The notes below the pieces were generated by a model, which was given only the letters and a program-made list of their open reading frames with translations, ran no database searches and was not told where the DNA came from. The position numbers were made by a program, and so were the translations under genes. From Candidatus Parcubacteria bacterium (GTDB taxonomy: Bacteria; Patescibacteriota; Patescibacteriia; UBA1558; GWA2-36-10), in the NCBI GenBank assembly GCA_018664825.1, contig JABJNO010000006.1, positions 15,157 to 79,156 of the forward strand: a stretch of DNA of 64,000 nucleotides, given 5' to 3'. Positions 18,869-28,464 of the stretch are shown here, piece after piece. Numbering within the stretch: the stretch's first letter is position 1; each line of letters begins with the position of its first letter.

Positions 18869-21800
18869 TTAAGCTTCTATTTCTTCTCTCTTTCTTTGAT
18901 GCAAAAATATAATAACTATCAACGCAATGATAATGAGTACCGCTGCTCCTATAATATAATAAACTACCATGTTGTTTACATTGTTTGGGACAGTGGCATT
19001 ATCAAAATAATCATCAGCTGTCACCGCTTGGGCAGATTTGACCAAAAAAGAAGTTGGGTTTGATTGTTTTACTATCTTGCCAGTGTCATCATTGACCGTC
19101 ACATAGACCCGATGATGTCCATCAGCCAAAGAATGTTGTATGTCATACGTCCAGTTACCACTAGCGTCTGTCTTGGTGGTCATCACTAAAGGCAAATCAC
19201 TATACAAGAAAAGTGTCACCCAAGTATTTGGTGTTGCTTTACCTCCAAACTTTACATTTTTATCTTGGCTATTGATGTTATTAACATCAAAATTTTTATC
19301 AATCTTTTTTGATTTTACTCTCGGCTGTTCAATCATCTCACCAGCTGCAATAGCCTGCTCCAAATCATTTCTCGTGATTTCTAGCCTGCCTGGCCCCAAA
19401 GGATCATAGCCATTTTTTATTTCCTGACCATCTAGATAGCCATCTCCATCGGTGTCTGGATTGTTTGGATCGGTATCATAATATACTTCCAAGTCATCAC
19501 TCAAGCCATCCTCATCAGTATCAACCATCAAAATAGCCTGATTTACGATAGTCAATCTATCAGTATCTTCCAAAACTGTCTCTGATTTTGATTGAGCAAT
19601 GTATACATTTGTTTCTGCTTCTTCGAGTGGAGTCAGTGGAATAATTTCTTCATCTATACCTCCTTCATTCAAAGTAGCGTTGAGCTCGCCGACTGTCATC
19701 ACCTGTCCTATCAAAGGACTCAAAATATTATTGATATTAGTGGTTTGTCTTTGCCCAATAACCAAACGATTTAAGTATTCATCTCTCAATATATCATTAC
19801 AAATACTGATATCATCAAGCTGACAATCTACTGCGCTTCCATATTCTTCCAAGAGATAGTCTTTGCACTGATTGATATCTACAATACCCTTGTCCTGACA
19901 CTCCGTGTCCACATGAACTCTATTGAGATAGTCTTCACAAGAAATAGCATCATATATACCCTGTTCAATACACTCGTCAGCCAACGAGTCTATAGTCGCT
20001 CGAAATAAACGACAATTTTCTTCATCGCTAATGCCAGCTTCTATACAACTGGTATAAATAGTTACCGCCACACTAGCCCCTGAATCAGAAATTTCCTCTT
20101 CTTGCTCTGGAATATCCTCGGGCTCTACATCCTCATCTTCTACTTCATCCTCTACCTCGTCTTCTACCTCAGAAACAACAACATTTCCCTGCTCAATAGA
20201 AAAATAAATACGCTCTGTTTGTAAGGTTCCGTTTATCAATTCGATATAAAAATAATAATCTCCATCCTCTATCAACTGATTACCGTCTTCATCTTCAGAA
20301 TAAAATGTATATAACAACTTGTTGCTGATATTTGGATTATCTTCTTCATCTATGCTCCATGGCTCCAAAGATTCCCAATCTATCGTATAATTATTCCCCG
20401 TTTTATCAGAAACCTCTTCACCATCAACATAAAATAAATGCTGAACTGAAGCAAATGAATTTAATGATGTTAAAAATGGAAAACCGAGAGTAGCCCTTCC
20501 TTCTCTTCCTTCAAAAATACGCGGAGCGTGCAAATCAAAAATAACATCTTCCGGCACTTCCTGATTCTGACCTTCATTAACTATCTCTATATTTTCCAAA
20601 ATATTACTAGTCACCCATGGAATATACATATTACCCTCTGCCGAATGTTGGAGCCAAGCATCATAGATACCAGAAGTCAGGCCACCTAAACCATCCAAAT
20701 GGGCAGGATCTTTTGCATAAGCATAATCTGCGTCTGGAAAATTATCTCTATTTATTCCGTAGCCTTCAAGCTGACTCCAATCAGCTAAATCAGCTGAAAA
20801 ATAATATTTACTTTCATCAGCTTGATTTTCAAATACAAAATAAACCATCTGATTGTTCAGATCTACATTGGAACTCCCCATCAAAGTCACATCACCCTCC
20901 ATAAAAGATTCAGTATTGTGAAAATTGAGAACCACGTCATCCGGTGGCGGTGGTGGCAAATCCGGATCTTCTGTTTCTGCCACAATCAAGTTGTAGCCAT
21001 AGGTCGGCAGTCCTCCGCCTTCAAGCTCATATATAGTTCCGTCTTCTTTGGTGATTTCAAAAATCAAGTCATAGTTTCCTGATGGAAAAATATCGTCCCA
21101 AAAGTCGAGTATTATTCCACCTCCCCAAATATAACTATCTGGCTGTACCTGCGCAAGAACACCACCTCCGGCAATAGCGGCATCATCTTGATAAACAAAC
21201 TCGATCCCAACATCTGTAGCTATAAAATCTAATTCGATCTCAATATCAATTGGTATTATACCGTTGGAAATCAAATCACTACCTGGCACAGGAGCGATTA
21301 TGACGACCTCTTCTACTTCTGGTTGTTCTGTCAAATTACTCACTGCATATGACTCCAAAACAAACAGTGGTTCGTCTAGAGAAATTCCATTGATCTCCTC
21401 ATAAATTTTTACACTGTACGTACTATTTTGGTACAATGGTGTCCCATCAGCTCGGGCAACTGTAGTATCCCAATAACCAGAATACATCAATACACCATCA
21501 GCATCTGAAGAAAAAAGATCAACAGACCCTACATAATAATCAAAGACGTTAAAAATTTTGGCTGTTAGCTTAATGTTATCCCCCAATGGTCTGTTTATTT
21601 CAAATGCCAAAAGTACTTCTCCTGACAAGTCGGTCTCAGTAGGAGAAATAACACTTACTATTTCCAAAGGTACTATTTCTGGAATATCGACAGCAGGAGG
21701 AACTATAGAAAATCTTACATAATTACTAATCGCACCGGTGGGTCCTTCTTCGCCACTACTGCCATCAAGATCAGCTTGCATTATTATCTGATATTCACCA

Positions 21801-22510
21801 TCCGCCAAGCTCGATATATCATAATCGCGTACTCCCCATGTACCATAGACTAGGTCAAGTTGTTGACCATGAATATCTTCTACCAATGCTGGCACAACAA
21901 TAATTCCATTGTTATCAACTTCATGAATATCAAAAAAAATGTTGTTCAAATATTCAGTACCTTCAAATTCAAATATTATATCCATTGTATCATCAGTAAT
22001 CTCCATATCCGTCAATGGATTAAGAAACGTTGTATCACCCCCAATATCATACTGCTGTGGGTCTTGATTTCTAGATGCCAACAAGACAAAACTTTCCAAA
22101 GGTGACTCTATCTCATCAGACAAAAGACCATTGTTGTCAAATATCTGAGCAGTTACTTTCAAATAATAGTCTCCAGCTGGAAAATCAGCGGTATCCCAAC
22201 TAGAAATAGCTTTCCAACTACCATCACTCTGCAGTTCAGCTGGAAACTCTAGGTTTGTTATAGTCCCCAAAAGAGTAAAGTGTGCATGTGTAAAACCCTG
22301 ATTAGGTCCAATGTTGGCCTGAATATTTAGAACCGTGCCCCCTGGTATATCTACGCCCTGAACAGGATCGATATAAGTAGCCGACAGTTGTGGCAATTGT
22401 GGAGGGTCAATAATCTGAGCTCGTGTAGCCACAAAGACCAAGCCATACATTAGAGACAAAGCGATAACAAAAGTTATCATCAAATGATGTTGTACTCTTT
22501 CTAAAATCAT
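18869..22510 (-). CDS. Large acidic cell-surface protein (Ig-like domains, Cys-rich repeats, DTDGDG repeats, C-terminal TM)
   Basis: ~1210 aa; N- and C-terminal TMs; DTDEDGLSD..DTDGDGYLDG..GYDPLG; TDASGNWTY..DGHHRVYV Ig-like. Confidence 0.7.
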   Translation of the reverse strand: MILERVQHHLMITFVIALSLMYGLVFVATRAQIIDPPQLPQLSATYIDPVQGVDIPGGTVLNIQANIGPNQGFTHAHFTLLGTITNLEFPAELQSDGSWKAISSWDTADFPAGDYYLKVTAQIFDNNGLLSDEIESPLESFVLLASRNQDPQQYDIGGDTTFLNPLTDMEITDDTMDIIFEFEGTEYLNNIFFDIHEVDNNGIIVVPALVEDIHGQQLDLVYGTWGVRDYDISSLADGEYQIIMQADLDGSSGEEGPTGAISNYVRFSIVPPAVDIPEIVPLEIVSVISPTETDLSGEVLLAFEINRPLGDNIKLTAKIFNVFDYYVGSVDLFSSDADGVLMYSGYWDTTVARADGTPLYQNSTYSVKIYEEINGISLDEPLFVLESYAVSNLTEQPEVEEVVIIAPVPGSDLISNGIIPIDIEIELDFIATDVGIEFVYQDDAAIAGGGVLAQVQPDSYIWGGGIILDFWDDIFPSGNYDLIFEITKEDGTIYELEGGGLPTYGYNLIVAETEDPDLPPPPPDDVVLNFHNTESFMEGDVTLMGSSNVDLNNQMVYFVFENQADESKYYFSADLADWSQLEGYGINRDNFPDADYAYAKDPAHLDGLGGLTSGIYDAWLQHSAEGNMYIPWVTSNILENIEIVNEGQNQEVPEDVIFDLHAPRIFEGREGRATLGFPFLTSLNSFASVQHLFYVDGEEVSDKTGNNYTIDWESLEPWSIDEEDNPNISNKLLYTFYSEDEDGNQLIEDGDYYFYIELINGTLQTERIYFSIEQGNVVVSEVEDEVEDEVEDEDVEPEDIPEQEEEISDSGASVAVTIYTSCIEAGISDEENCRLFRATIDSLADECIEQGIYDAISCEDYLNRVHVDTECQDKGIVDINQCKDYLLEEYGSAVDCQLDDISICNDILRDEYLNRLVIGQRQTTNINNILSPLIGQVMTVGELNATLNEGGIDEEIIPLTPLEEAETNVYIAQSKSETVLEDTDRLTIVNQAILMVDTDEDGLSDDLEVYYDTDPNNPDTDGDGYLDGQEIKNGYDPLGPGRLEITRNDLEQAIAAGEMIEQPRVKSKKIDKNFDVNNINSQDKNVKFGGKATPNTWVTLFLYSDLPLVMTTKTDASGNWTYDIQHSLADGHHRVYVTVNDDTGKIVKQSNPTSFLVKSAQAVTADDYFDNATVPNNVNNMVVYYIIGAAVLIIIALIVIIFLHQRKREEIEA

Positions 22511-22603
22511 AAAAAAAAATTTGTATTTAACTGAGTTTATTATACCACAAATCAATACAAATAAAAAAATCACCCAAAATAAACTTGAATGAAATAAAAA
22601 AAT

Positions 22604-23398
22604 TTATTCACAAGGACAAAGATTGCTATAGCCAGCTACATTGAAGTCACAAGGGAAAATATCTGTACGGTAAGAACAGATGATTCCACCACCGGCATGT
22701 GCCGGAGAATAATCTTGATAAGTTGGGTCATTGCCAAGGAAACAAGCGGAGCTACAAGCCGCACCAAAAGCCTTGTTTAGAGCACAATAACCAGTATCTC
22801 CAGAATCTACATCTGAAGCATATCTGATAGTTTCCACACAGATAAAACCATTGTCCGAACAAACGGTGTCACAACTTTTGGTAGTTGCATCTGCTTCATA
22901 CCAACAATAACCCCCAGCATAAGCTGGGCAACTTACTTGAATAGTAGTAGTACTGACGACATCTGCCGTACCATAGGTACTACACGCCCCTACTACCAAC
23001 TGATTATTTTCTCCTTTTTTAAAATAATACCCCGTGTCTTGATTACTTGTCTTGTCAGGATCAATCGGTAATGTTGGTAGGTATTCAACATAAAAATCTG
23101 AATCAGCAATTCGCAAACAATGAGCGCTGTTGCCGTCACAAGTTACATCAGCAGCACCTTGTTCTGTGCAGATTACTGTTTTTGCAGTTGGTACTGCCCC
23201 CAATACCGGCAAAGCCCCCCTGTGATCTTTGACATATGCATCTACTGCTCTGACAATTTCCAAAACCTCTTTGGTTCTTTGCCTGTCTTTGGCTTGACCT
23301 ATTTTGGCCACAGGATCAATCCAAACAAAAACCGAAGCCGCCAATACAGAGATTACAGCTACGGTTATTATCAATCTTGCCAGTGTAAATCCTTTCAT
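22604..23398 (-). CDS. Type IV pilin-like protein with Cys-rich C-terminus
   Basis: MKG|FTLARLIITVAVISVLAAS..IDP..AKDRQR; YLPTLPIDP. Confidence 0.75.
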   Translation of the reverse strand: MKGFTLARLIITVAVISVLAASVFVWIDPVAKIGQAKDRQRTKEVLEIVRAVDAYVKDHRGALPVLGAVPTAKTVICTEQGAADVTCDGNSAHCLRIADSDFYVEYLPTLPIDPDKTSNQDTGYYFKKGENNQLVVGACSTYGTADVVSTTTIQVSCPAYAGGYCWYEADATTKSCDTVCSDNGFICVETIRYASDVDSGDTGYCALNKAFGAACSSACFLGNDPTYQDYSPAHAGGGIICSYRTDIFPCDFNVAGYSNLCPCE

Positions 23399-23399
23399 G

Positions 23400-24257
23400 C
23401 TATGCAAATTCTTTGGTAAGTTTATCCAAATTTCTAGTTGTTATTTTTCTTTTACTCAAAGCCTGTCCTTTTAGTTGAGGTAGGTTGCTGCCATAGGTAT
23501 CTCTCTTTGCTTTATACAAAACTCCATAAGGTATTTTTTTGCCCCATTCTTGAGTTTTTCCAAAAGCAGCCATCTTGTCTGTATTTTTATAAGTAGCATC
23601 ATCATCAACATTGTATACTCTATCAAAAAACCACTCAAAAGTATTTATTTTGTTGAAAGTAACACAAGGTTGGAATACATCAACAAAAGAAAATCCTTTG
23701 TGAGTAATAGCCTGCTTAAATAAACCCTTGAGATGTTTGGCATTTCCTGAAAAACCCCTAGATACAAATGTCCCGCCATTGGTCACGGCCAATGATGTTG
23801 GGTTTACTGGTACTTCGATGATGCCCGCTGGAGTTGATTTTGCTTTGTAGCCTTTGTCTGCAGTTGGCGCTGCTTGTCCAGTAGTCAATCCATAAACATG
23901 ATTATCATGTACTACATAAGTAATGTCTGCATTGCCACGGATTGCATGGAGAAAGTGTCCTAGTCCTTCACCAAAAGCATCACCATCACCAGCCATCACA
24001 ATCACCGTCAAATCTTTGTTGGCTAGTTTTGCTCCAATTGCACTAGGTACTGCTCGACCATGTAGTGAATGCCATGTATATGATTTGGTAAAATTGGCTC
24101 CGTTTCCAGAACAACCAATTCCATAAAAAATCAACACATTTTCGGGTTTAAGCCCTAGTTCTGCCAAGGCTCCGCGCATAGCAATCCAAATCGCATGATT
24201 ACCACAACCCGGACACCAAGTAGGTTTATAATTTGTTTCAAAATCTTTTAAATTCAT
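23400..24257 (-). CDS. korB: 2-oxoacid:ferredoxin oxidoreductase beta subunit
   Basis: WCPGCGN, GIGCSG, LHGRA, GDGD TPP motif, DNHVYGLTTGQ, QPCVTFN. Confidence 0.93.
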   Translation of the reverse strand: MNLKDFETNYKPTWCPGCGNHAIWIAMRGALAELGLKPENVLIFYGIGCSGNGANFTKSYTWHSLHGRAVPSAIGAKLANKDLTVIVMAGDGDAFGEGLGHFLHAIRGNADITYVVHDNHVYGLTTGQAAPTADKGYKAKSTPAGIIEVPVNPTSLAVTNGGTFVSRGFSGNAKHLKGLFKQAITHKGFSFVDVFQPCVTFNKINTFEWFFDRVYNVDDDATYKNTDKMAAFGKTQEWGKKIPYGVLYKAKRDTYGSNLPQLKGQALSKRKITTRNLDKLTKEFA

Positions 24258-24258
24258 A

Positions 24259-25998
24259 TTAAAATTTCTTTAAAGCTTTAGTTATTTCTTCTCTAAAAAA
24301 TGGTCGCCCATCATATTTTAATAACTTATTTTTTATTTTTATTCCTGTTTCCTGAGCTATCAAGTTGCCCAATTGAGCATTGCTGTTGTTTTCTATCAAC
24401 AAAACATCTTTGGAAGTCTCCAAAACGTGGCTGACAAATTTCCCAGCAAAAGGCCAGATATATTGTACCTGCATTATTCGGATTTTCTTTTTTATACTTT
24501 CAGGAAGCTGGACATAAGCATCCAAAATCACTCCTTTGGTAGATCCCCAAATCACAACTGTCTTTTTGGCTTTTGGATTTCCATAGATTAGTGGTGTTGG
24601 CATACTCTTCATAAAAGTATCTAGCTTGGACTGACGTTTGTCTACTTGCTCAATCCTATTTTTTGATCCTTCAAAGGAAAATCCATAAGAATCATGCTCA
24701 TCACTATTGGCAATATACAAACCGCCCTTCATGCCAGGCACAGTACGTGGCGAAATACCGTCGGCTGACAATTTGTAGCGACGATATTCCTTTATCTTGT
24801 TGAGCTGTGCCTGAGTCAAGAGCTTCCCTCTATTTATTTTTATATTATTGGTTTTAAATTTTGGTACAGTACTGTTTCCTTCAGCGATAAACTTGTCAGA
24901 AATAATAATCACTGGAGTTTGGTATACCTCGGCTATATTCATAGCCTGAGCACCAAGATCAAAAGCTTCTCCAGCATCTCCAGGAGCCAAAATCACTCTT
25001 GGGAAATCACCCTGAGCAGCATGAAGCATAAATTGTAAATCTCCCTGCTCAGTCCAAGTAGGAATACCAGTAGCTGGTCCTCCTCTTTGGACGTTGACCA
25101 TGACGACTGGCGTTTCGGTCAAGGCAGCTAGCCCAAGAGATTCGGTCATCAAGGCAAATCCTCCACCAGAAGTACCGACCATTGCTCGCGCACCAGTGTG
25201 AGCTGCTCCCAAGGCCATATTTATTACCGCTATTTCATCTTCGGCATGTTTGACTACTGTGCCGGTTTTCTCAGCTACGCTAGCCAAATAATGCAAAATA
25301 GATGAAGAAGGAGTCATTGGATAAGCTACATAAAAATTCAATCCTGCGGCAAGAGCTCCCATAGCTAGTGACTCATTGGCTGAAATCAAAATATTGTCCT
25401 TTGGTTTTAAAGTAGGCAGATCACAAGGAAAATCTTTTTTGTATTCTTTGATTACAAAATCAAATCCCGCCTTTACAGCTTTGAGATTGTTAGCAATTAT
25501 TTTTGGACCTTTGTTTTTAAAATTTTCTCGAATTACTTTGTTGGCAATTAGCAATTTTTGATCTACCAAAGCCAAAGTTGCTCCCAAGGCCACCACATTT
25601 CTCATCACCTCTCCACCTGATTCTTTGGCAAAAGTTGTCAGTGGTATTCCAATACCATCTACCTTGGCATTTTTTAGTTTGGCTGAAGATATCTTTATCT
25701 TGTCAGTGTCATATATCAAAACTCCTCCTGATGCCAAATCATCAAAATTTTCTTTGATAGTATTTTGATTTAGAGCCACTAGAACATCGATTTTTTCAGT
25801 CACACTATTGACCGGCCTAGTGTCGACGATCAATTGGAAGACATTGTGCCCTCCTCTGATTAGAGATGGATACTCTGTATAGTCAAACAATTCGTAGCCT
25901 GCTCGCATAAAAATCTTGCCGAGCATCATACCAGCTGATTTGATTCCAAAGCCTGCCTCACCGGCAATCTTCCAACTCAAGTTATTTTTTTGTTTCAT
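24259..25998 (-). CDS. korA: 2-oxoacid:ferredoxin oxidoreductase alpha subunit (gamma-alpha fusion)
   Basis: GEAGFGI, EYPSLIRGGH, YPMTPSS, AEDEIA, TSGGGFALM, QRGGPATGIPT. Confidence 0.93.
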   Translation of the reverse strand: MKQKNNLSWKIAGEAGFGIKSAGMMLGKIFMRAGYELFDYTEYPSLIRGGHNVFQLIVDTRPVNSVTEKIDVLVALNQNTIKENFDDLASGGVLIYDTDKIKISSAKLKNAKVDGIGIPLTTFAKESGGEVMRNVVALGATLALVDQKLLIANKVIRENFKNKGPKIIANNLKAVKAGFDFVIKEYKKDFPCDLPTLKPKDNILISANESLAMGALAAGLNFYVAYPMTPSSSILHYLASVAEKTGTVVKHAEDEIAVINMALGAAHTGARAMVGTSGGGFALMTESLGLAALTETPVVMVNVQRGGPATGIPTWTEQGDLQFMLHAAQGDFPRVILAPGDAGEAFDLGAQAMNIAEVYQTPVIIISDKFIAEGNSTVPKFKTNNIKINRGKLLTQAQLNKIKEYRRYKLSADGISPRTVPGMKGGLYIANSDEHDSYGFSFEGSKNRIEQVDKRQSKLDTFMKSMPTPLIYGNPKAKKTVVIWGSTKGVILDAYVQLPESIKKKIRIMQVQYIWPFAGKFVSHVLETSKDVLLIENNSNAQLGNLIAQETGIKIKNKLLKYDGRPFFREEITKALKKF

Positions 25999-26053
25999 TT
26001 TATTTTGTTAGATTGTTTTCATTATTATTATAACATTTTTTCGCCAAAAATAA

Positions 26054-26083
26054 AAAGCACCCCCATTACAAAAGGGGGTGCTT
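26054..26083 (-). terminator. Rho-independent terminator of microprotein operon
   Basis: aagcaccccc..gggggtgctt with A-run on left (U-tract on minus strand). Confidence 0.75.
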
Positions 26084-26086
26084 CAT

Positions 26087-26266
26087 TTAGATTGGAGAGT
26101 CTTTGTTGCTATACTCTTCATGTTTTAAATTTTGTTCTTCACTTTGATCTTCGTTTTTTTCTACCACCATTAGATCATCAGGTGGAGCTTGTTGTAAATC
26201 ATGAGCTGGTTGCTTCATGATTTGTTTATTGTTGTTTAATCCCAACAACTTTTTCCAAAATGACAT
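26087..26266 (-). CDS. Small protein, 59 aa, N-terminal amphipathic helix (not in ORF track)
   Basis: MSFWKKLLGLNNNKQIMKQPAHDLQQAPPDD...DSPI; stop immediately before terminator. Confidence 0.5.
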   Translation of the reverse strand: MSFWKKLLGLNNNKQIMKQPAHDLQQAPPDDLMVVEKNEDQSEEQNLKHEEYSNKDSPI

Positions 26267-26398
26267 AAATTTTAAAGTTCAATTTTTGTTTTTTAAAGTG
26301 TTTTAGCAATACATAGTATAGGGTGCCCAACTAAACATTACTAAAACATAAAGTGCTGTTTCCATTTTTTTGTTTTTATTTTTGTTTTTACTTAATGA

Positions 26399-26509
26399 TT
26401 ATCCGACTAGATATACTAGTCCTAGCAAGAATAAGGTCAATACAGACCAATTCTCATGACTTTCCACTTTGGGATCACGATAGAATCCCACTAATTGAAA
26501 TGACTTCAT
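26399..26509 (-). CDS. Microprotein, 36 aa, C-terminal TM
   Basis: MKSFQLVGFYRDPKVESHENWSVLTLFLLGLVYLVG; gapless similarity to 26532-26675. Confidence 0.5.
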   Translation of the reverse strand: MKSFQLVGFYRDPKVESHENWSVLTLFLLGLVYLVG

Positions 26510-26531
26510 TGCATTTTATTTTATTTAATTG

Positions 26532-26675
26532 TTAAATAGCTTGACCTACTACGAAAAAAAGAACGAAGGCTCCTCCAGCAACTAATGCCAAAATTGCCCA
26601 ATAATCACTGTTACGCAGCTTTTTGTCTCCTGGTTTTACAACCAGCTTAAATGAGTTTACGTTGTTATTTAGCAT
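26532..26675 (-). CDS. Microprotein, 47 aa, C-terminal TM
   Basis: MLNNNVNSFKLVVKPGDKKLRNSDYWAILALVAGGAFVLFFVVGQAI. Confidence 0.55.
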   Translation of the reverse strand: MLNNNVNSFKLVVKPGDKKLRNSDYWAILALVAGGAFVLFFVVGQAI

Positions 26676-26910
26676 AATACCTTTTTTATTATTTGGTACC
26701 ACATGGAAGTTTTTATTGTAAGGCTGTTTTATATGAAAACAAAAAAATTGGTCGCCAATGCCCCATTTCTAGGGTATTTGGTCTTACACCAATCTTAACT
26801 TACAAAGTAATGATAGCACAAAAAATCGCTTTTGTCAACCTAAGATATTTTACTTTTTATCTATAATTGATTATGTTATAATATACTGGTAATAATTAAT
26901 ACTTATATAT

Positions 26911-27123
26911 ATGAAAATAGAAGTAGATAGAGAACTTTGTACTAGTGTAGCTACCTGCGTAGCTGTTGCTCCAGGCACCTTTGAGCTAGATGATGAAGGA
27001 ATTGCTATTATAAAGGACTCAAAAGGAGATGTTGAAGACATTATTTTGAAAGCAGCCAAAAGCTGTCCTGTTGATGCTATCATCCTTTATGATGATGCCG
27101 GAAAACAAACTTGGCCAAAATAA
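26911..27123 (+). CDS. Monocluster ferredoxin
   Basis: CTSVATCVAVAP..AAKSCPVDAI; second cluster Cys absent (3Fe-4S type pattern). Confidence 0.88.
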   Translation: MKIEVDRELCTSVATCVAVAPGTFELDDEGIAIIKDSKGDVEDIILKAAKSCPVDAIILYDDAGKQTWPK

Positions 27124-27197
27124 TAGCTTTTACAACAAAAACCATGTTTGAGGTGAATAACATCACCCCTGTTTTTATTAGATGATAAGAAATAAAT

Positions 27198-28439
27198 ATG
27201 CCCAATAATATATATTTAGACTATGCCTCTACCACTCCCACTGATCCGGAAGTGGTCAAAGCCATGCAACCTTATTGGAATGACGTCTACGGAAACCCCT
27301 CTAGTCTTTATTCTATGGGGCAAAAAAGTAAAAAAGCCTTGATTGCAGCTAGATCTGCTATAGCTGATACATTTAGTTGCCAACCAGAAGAGATAATCTT
27401 TACTGGTGGTGGCACCGAAAGTATCAATCTAGCTATCAAAGGGCTTTTTCAGTACCAAAAAGAGCCCCGTCATATGATCACATCGGCTATTGAGCACCAT
27501 GCTGTAATCGATTCTGCAGAAAGCATCACTCGCCAAGGACACGCCGTGTCTATTTTGCCAGTTGATGAAGATGGTTTGGTCAATCTAAAGGATTTGGAGA
27601 CTGCCATCAAAGACAATACTCTCCTCGTCAGCATCATGCTAGCCAACAACGAAGTCGGCACCATCCAAGATATCCGCGCTATTGGGAATTTTATAGAAAA
27701 ATTGAACAAAAAAAGAGTCGCCAAAGATTTGCCCAAGATATTTTTCCATACCGACGCTTGTCAGGCAGCAGGAGCTCTAGATCTCGACGTCCAAAAGCTC
27801 CACGTAGACATGATGACTATCAATGGTAGCAAAATATACGGACCAAAAGGCATTGGTGTGCTTTATAAAAAAAGAGATGTACCTCTTACTGCCCTAGTCA
27901 GTGGTGGTGGACAAGAAAGAAACTTACGCTCAGGTACAGAAAATGTCCCTGGCATCATAGGTTTGGCCAAAGCACTAGAGCTAGCTGAAAAAAACAAGAA
28001 AAAAGAAAATGCTCGCCTCAGTAAAATGCGTGATTGGTTGATCGAACAAATTTTGCAGATACCAAAAACAAGATTAAACGGACATCCTACAAAAAGATTA
28101 GCAAACAACATCAATATTTCTATATTAGATATCGAAGGCGAAGCCACTCTCCTCTACCTTGATGAGATTGGTGTCCAAGCCTCAACCGGCTCCGCCTGTA
28201 CCTCTGAATCCCTCGAACCAAGTCACGTCATCCGAGCCTTGGGTCGCCCTTATGAAGCTGCTCATGGCTCTATCCGCTTTACTCTAGGCAAACATACTAC
28301 TCAAAAAGACCTAAAATACTTGGTTTCCAAGCTACCAGATATAGTAGAACATCTCCGCAAGGCTTCTCCTGTTGATGTTGATATGGATACTTTGGATAAA
28401 TCAATAAAAACTTTTCCCCGTGAAATAACGGAATTATAA
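27198..28439 (+). CDS. iscS: Cysteine desulfurase
   Basis: YLDYASTT, GNPSS, FTGGGTES, HTDACQA, KIYGPKGIG, RSGTENV, STGSACTS. Confidence 0.95.
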   Translation: MPNNIYLDYASTTPTDPEVVKAMQPYWNDVYGNPSSLYSMGQKSKKALIAARSAIADTFSCQPEEIIFTGGGTESINLAIKGLFQYQKEPRHMITSAIEHHAVIDSAESITRQGHAVSILPVDEDGLVNLKDLETAIKDNTLLVSIMLANNEVGTIQDIRAIGNFIEKLNKKRVAKDLPKIFFHTDACQAAGALDLDVQKLHVDMMTINGSKIYGPKGIGVLYKKRDVPLTALVSGGGQERNLRSGTENVPGIIGLAKALELAEKNKKKENARLSKMRDWLIEQILQIPKTRLNGHPTKRLANNINISILDIEGEATLLYLDEIGVQASTGSACTSESLEPSHVIRALGRPYEAAHGSIRFTLGKHTTQKDLKYLVSKLPDIVEHLRKASPVDVDMDTLDKSIKTFPREITEL

Positions 28440-28464
28440 ATAACAATTAATAGAATTTATATAT

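Noticed and set aside
25990-26535. Plus-strand ORFs 25990-26220 and 26353-26535
   Set aside because: Non-ATG starts, no supporting signals; the minus-strand microproteins fit the promoter, terminator and paralogy better
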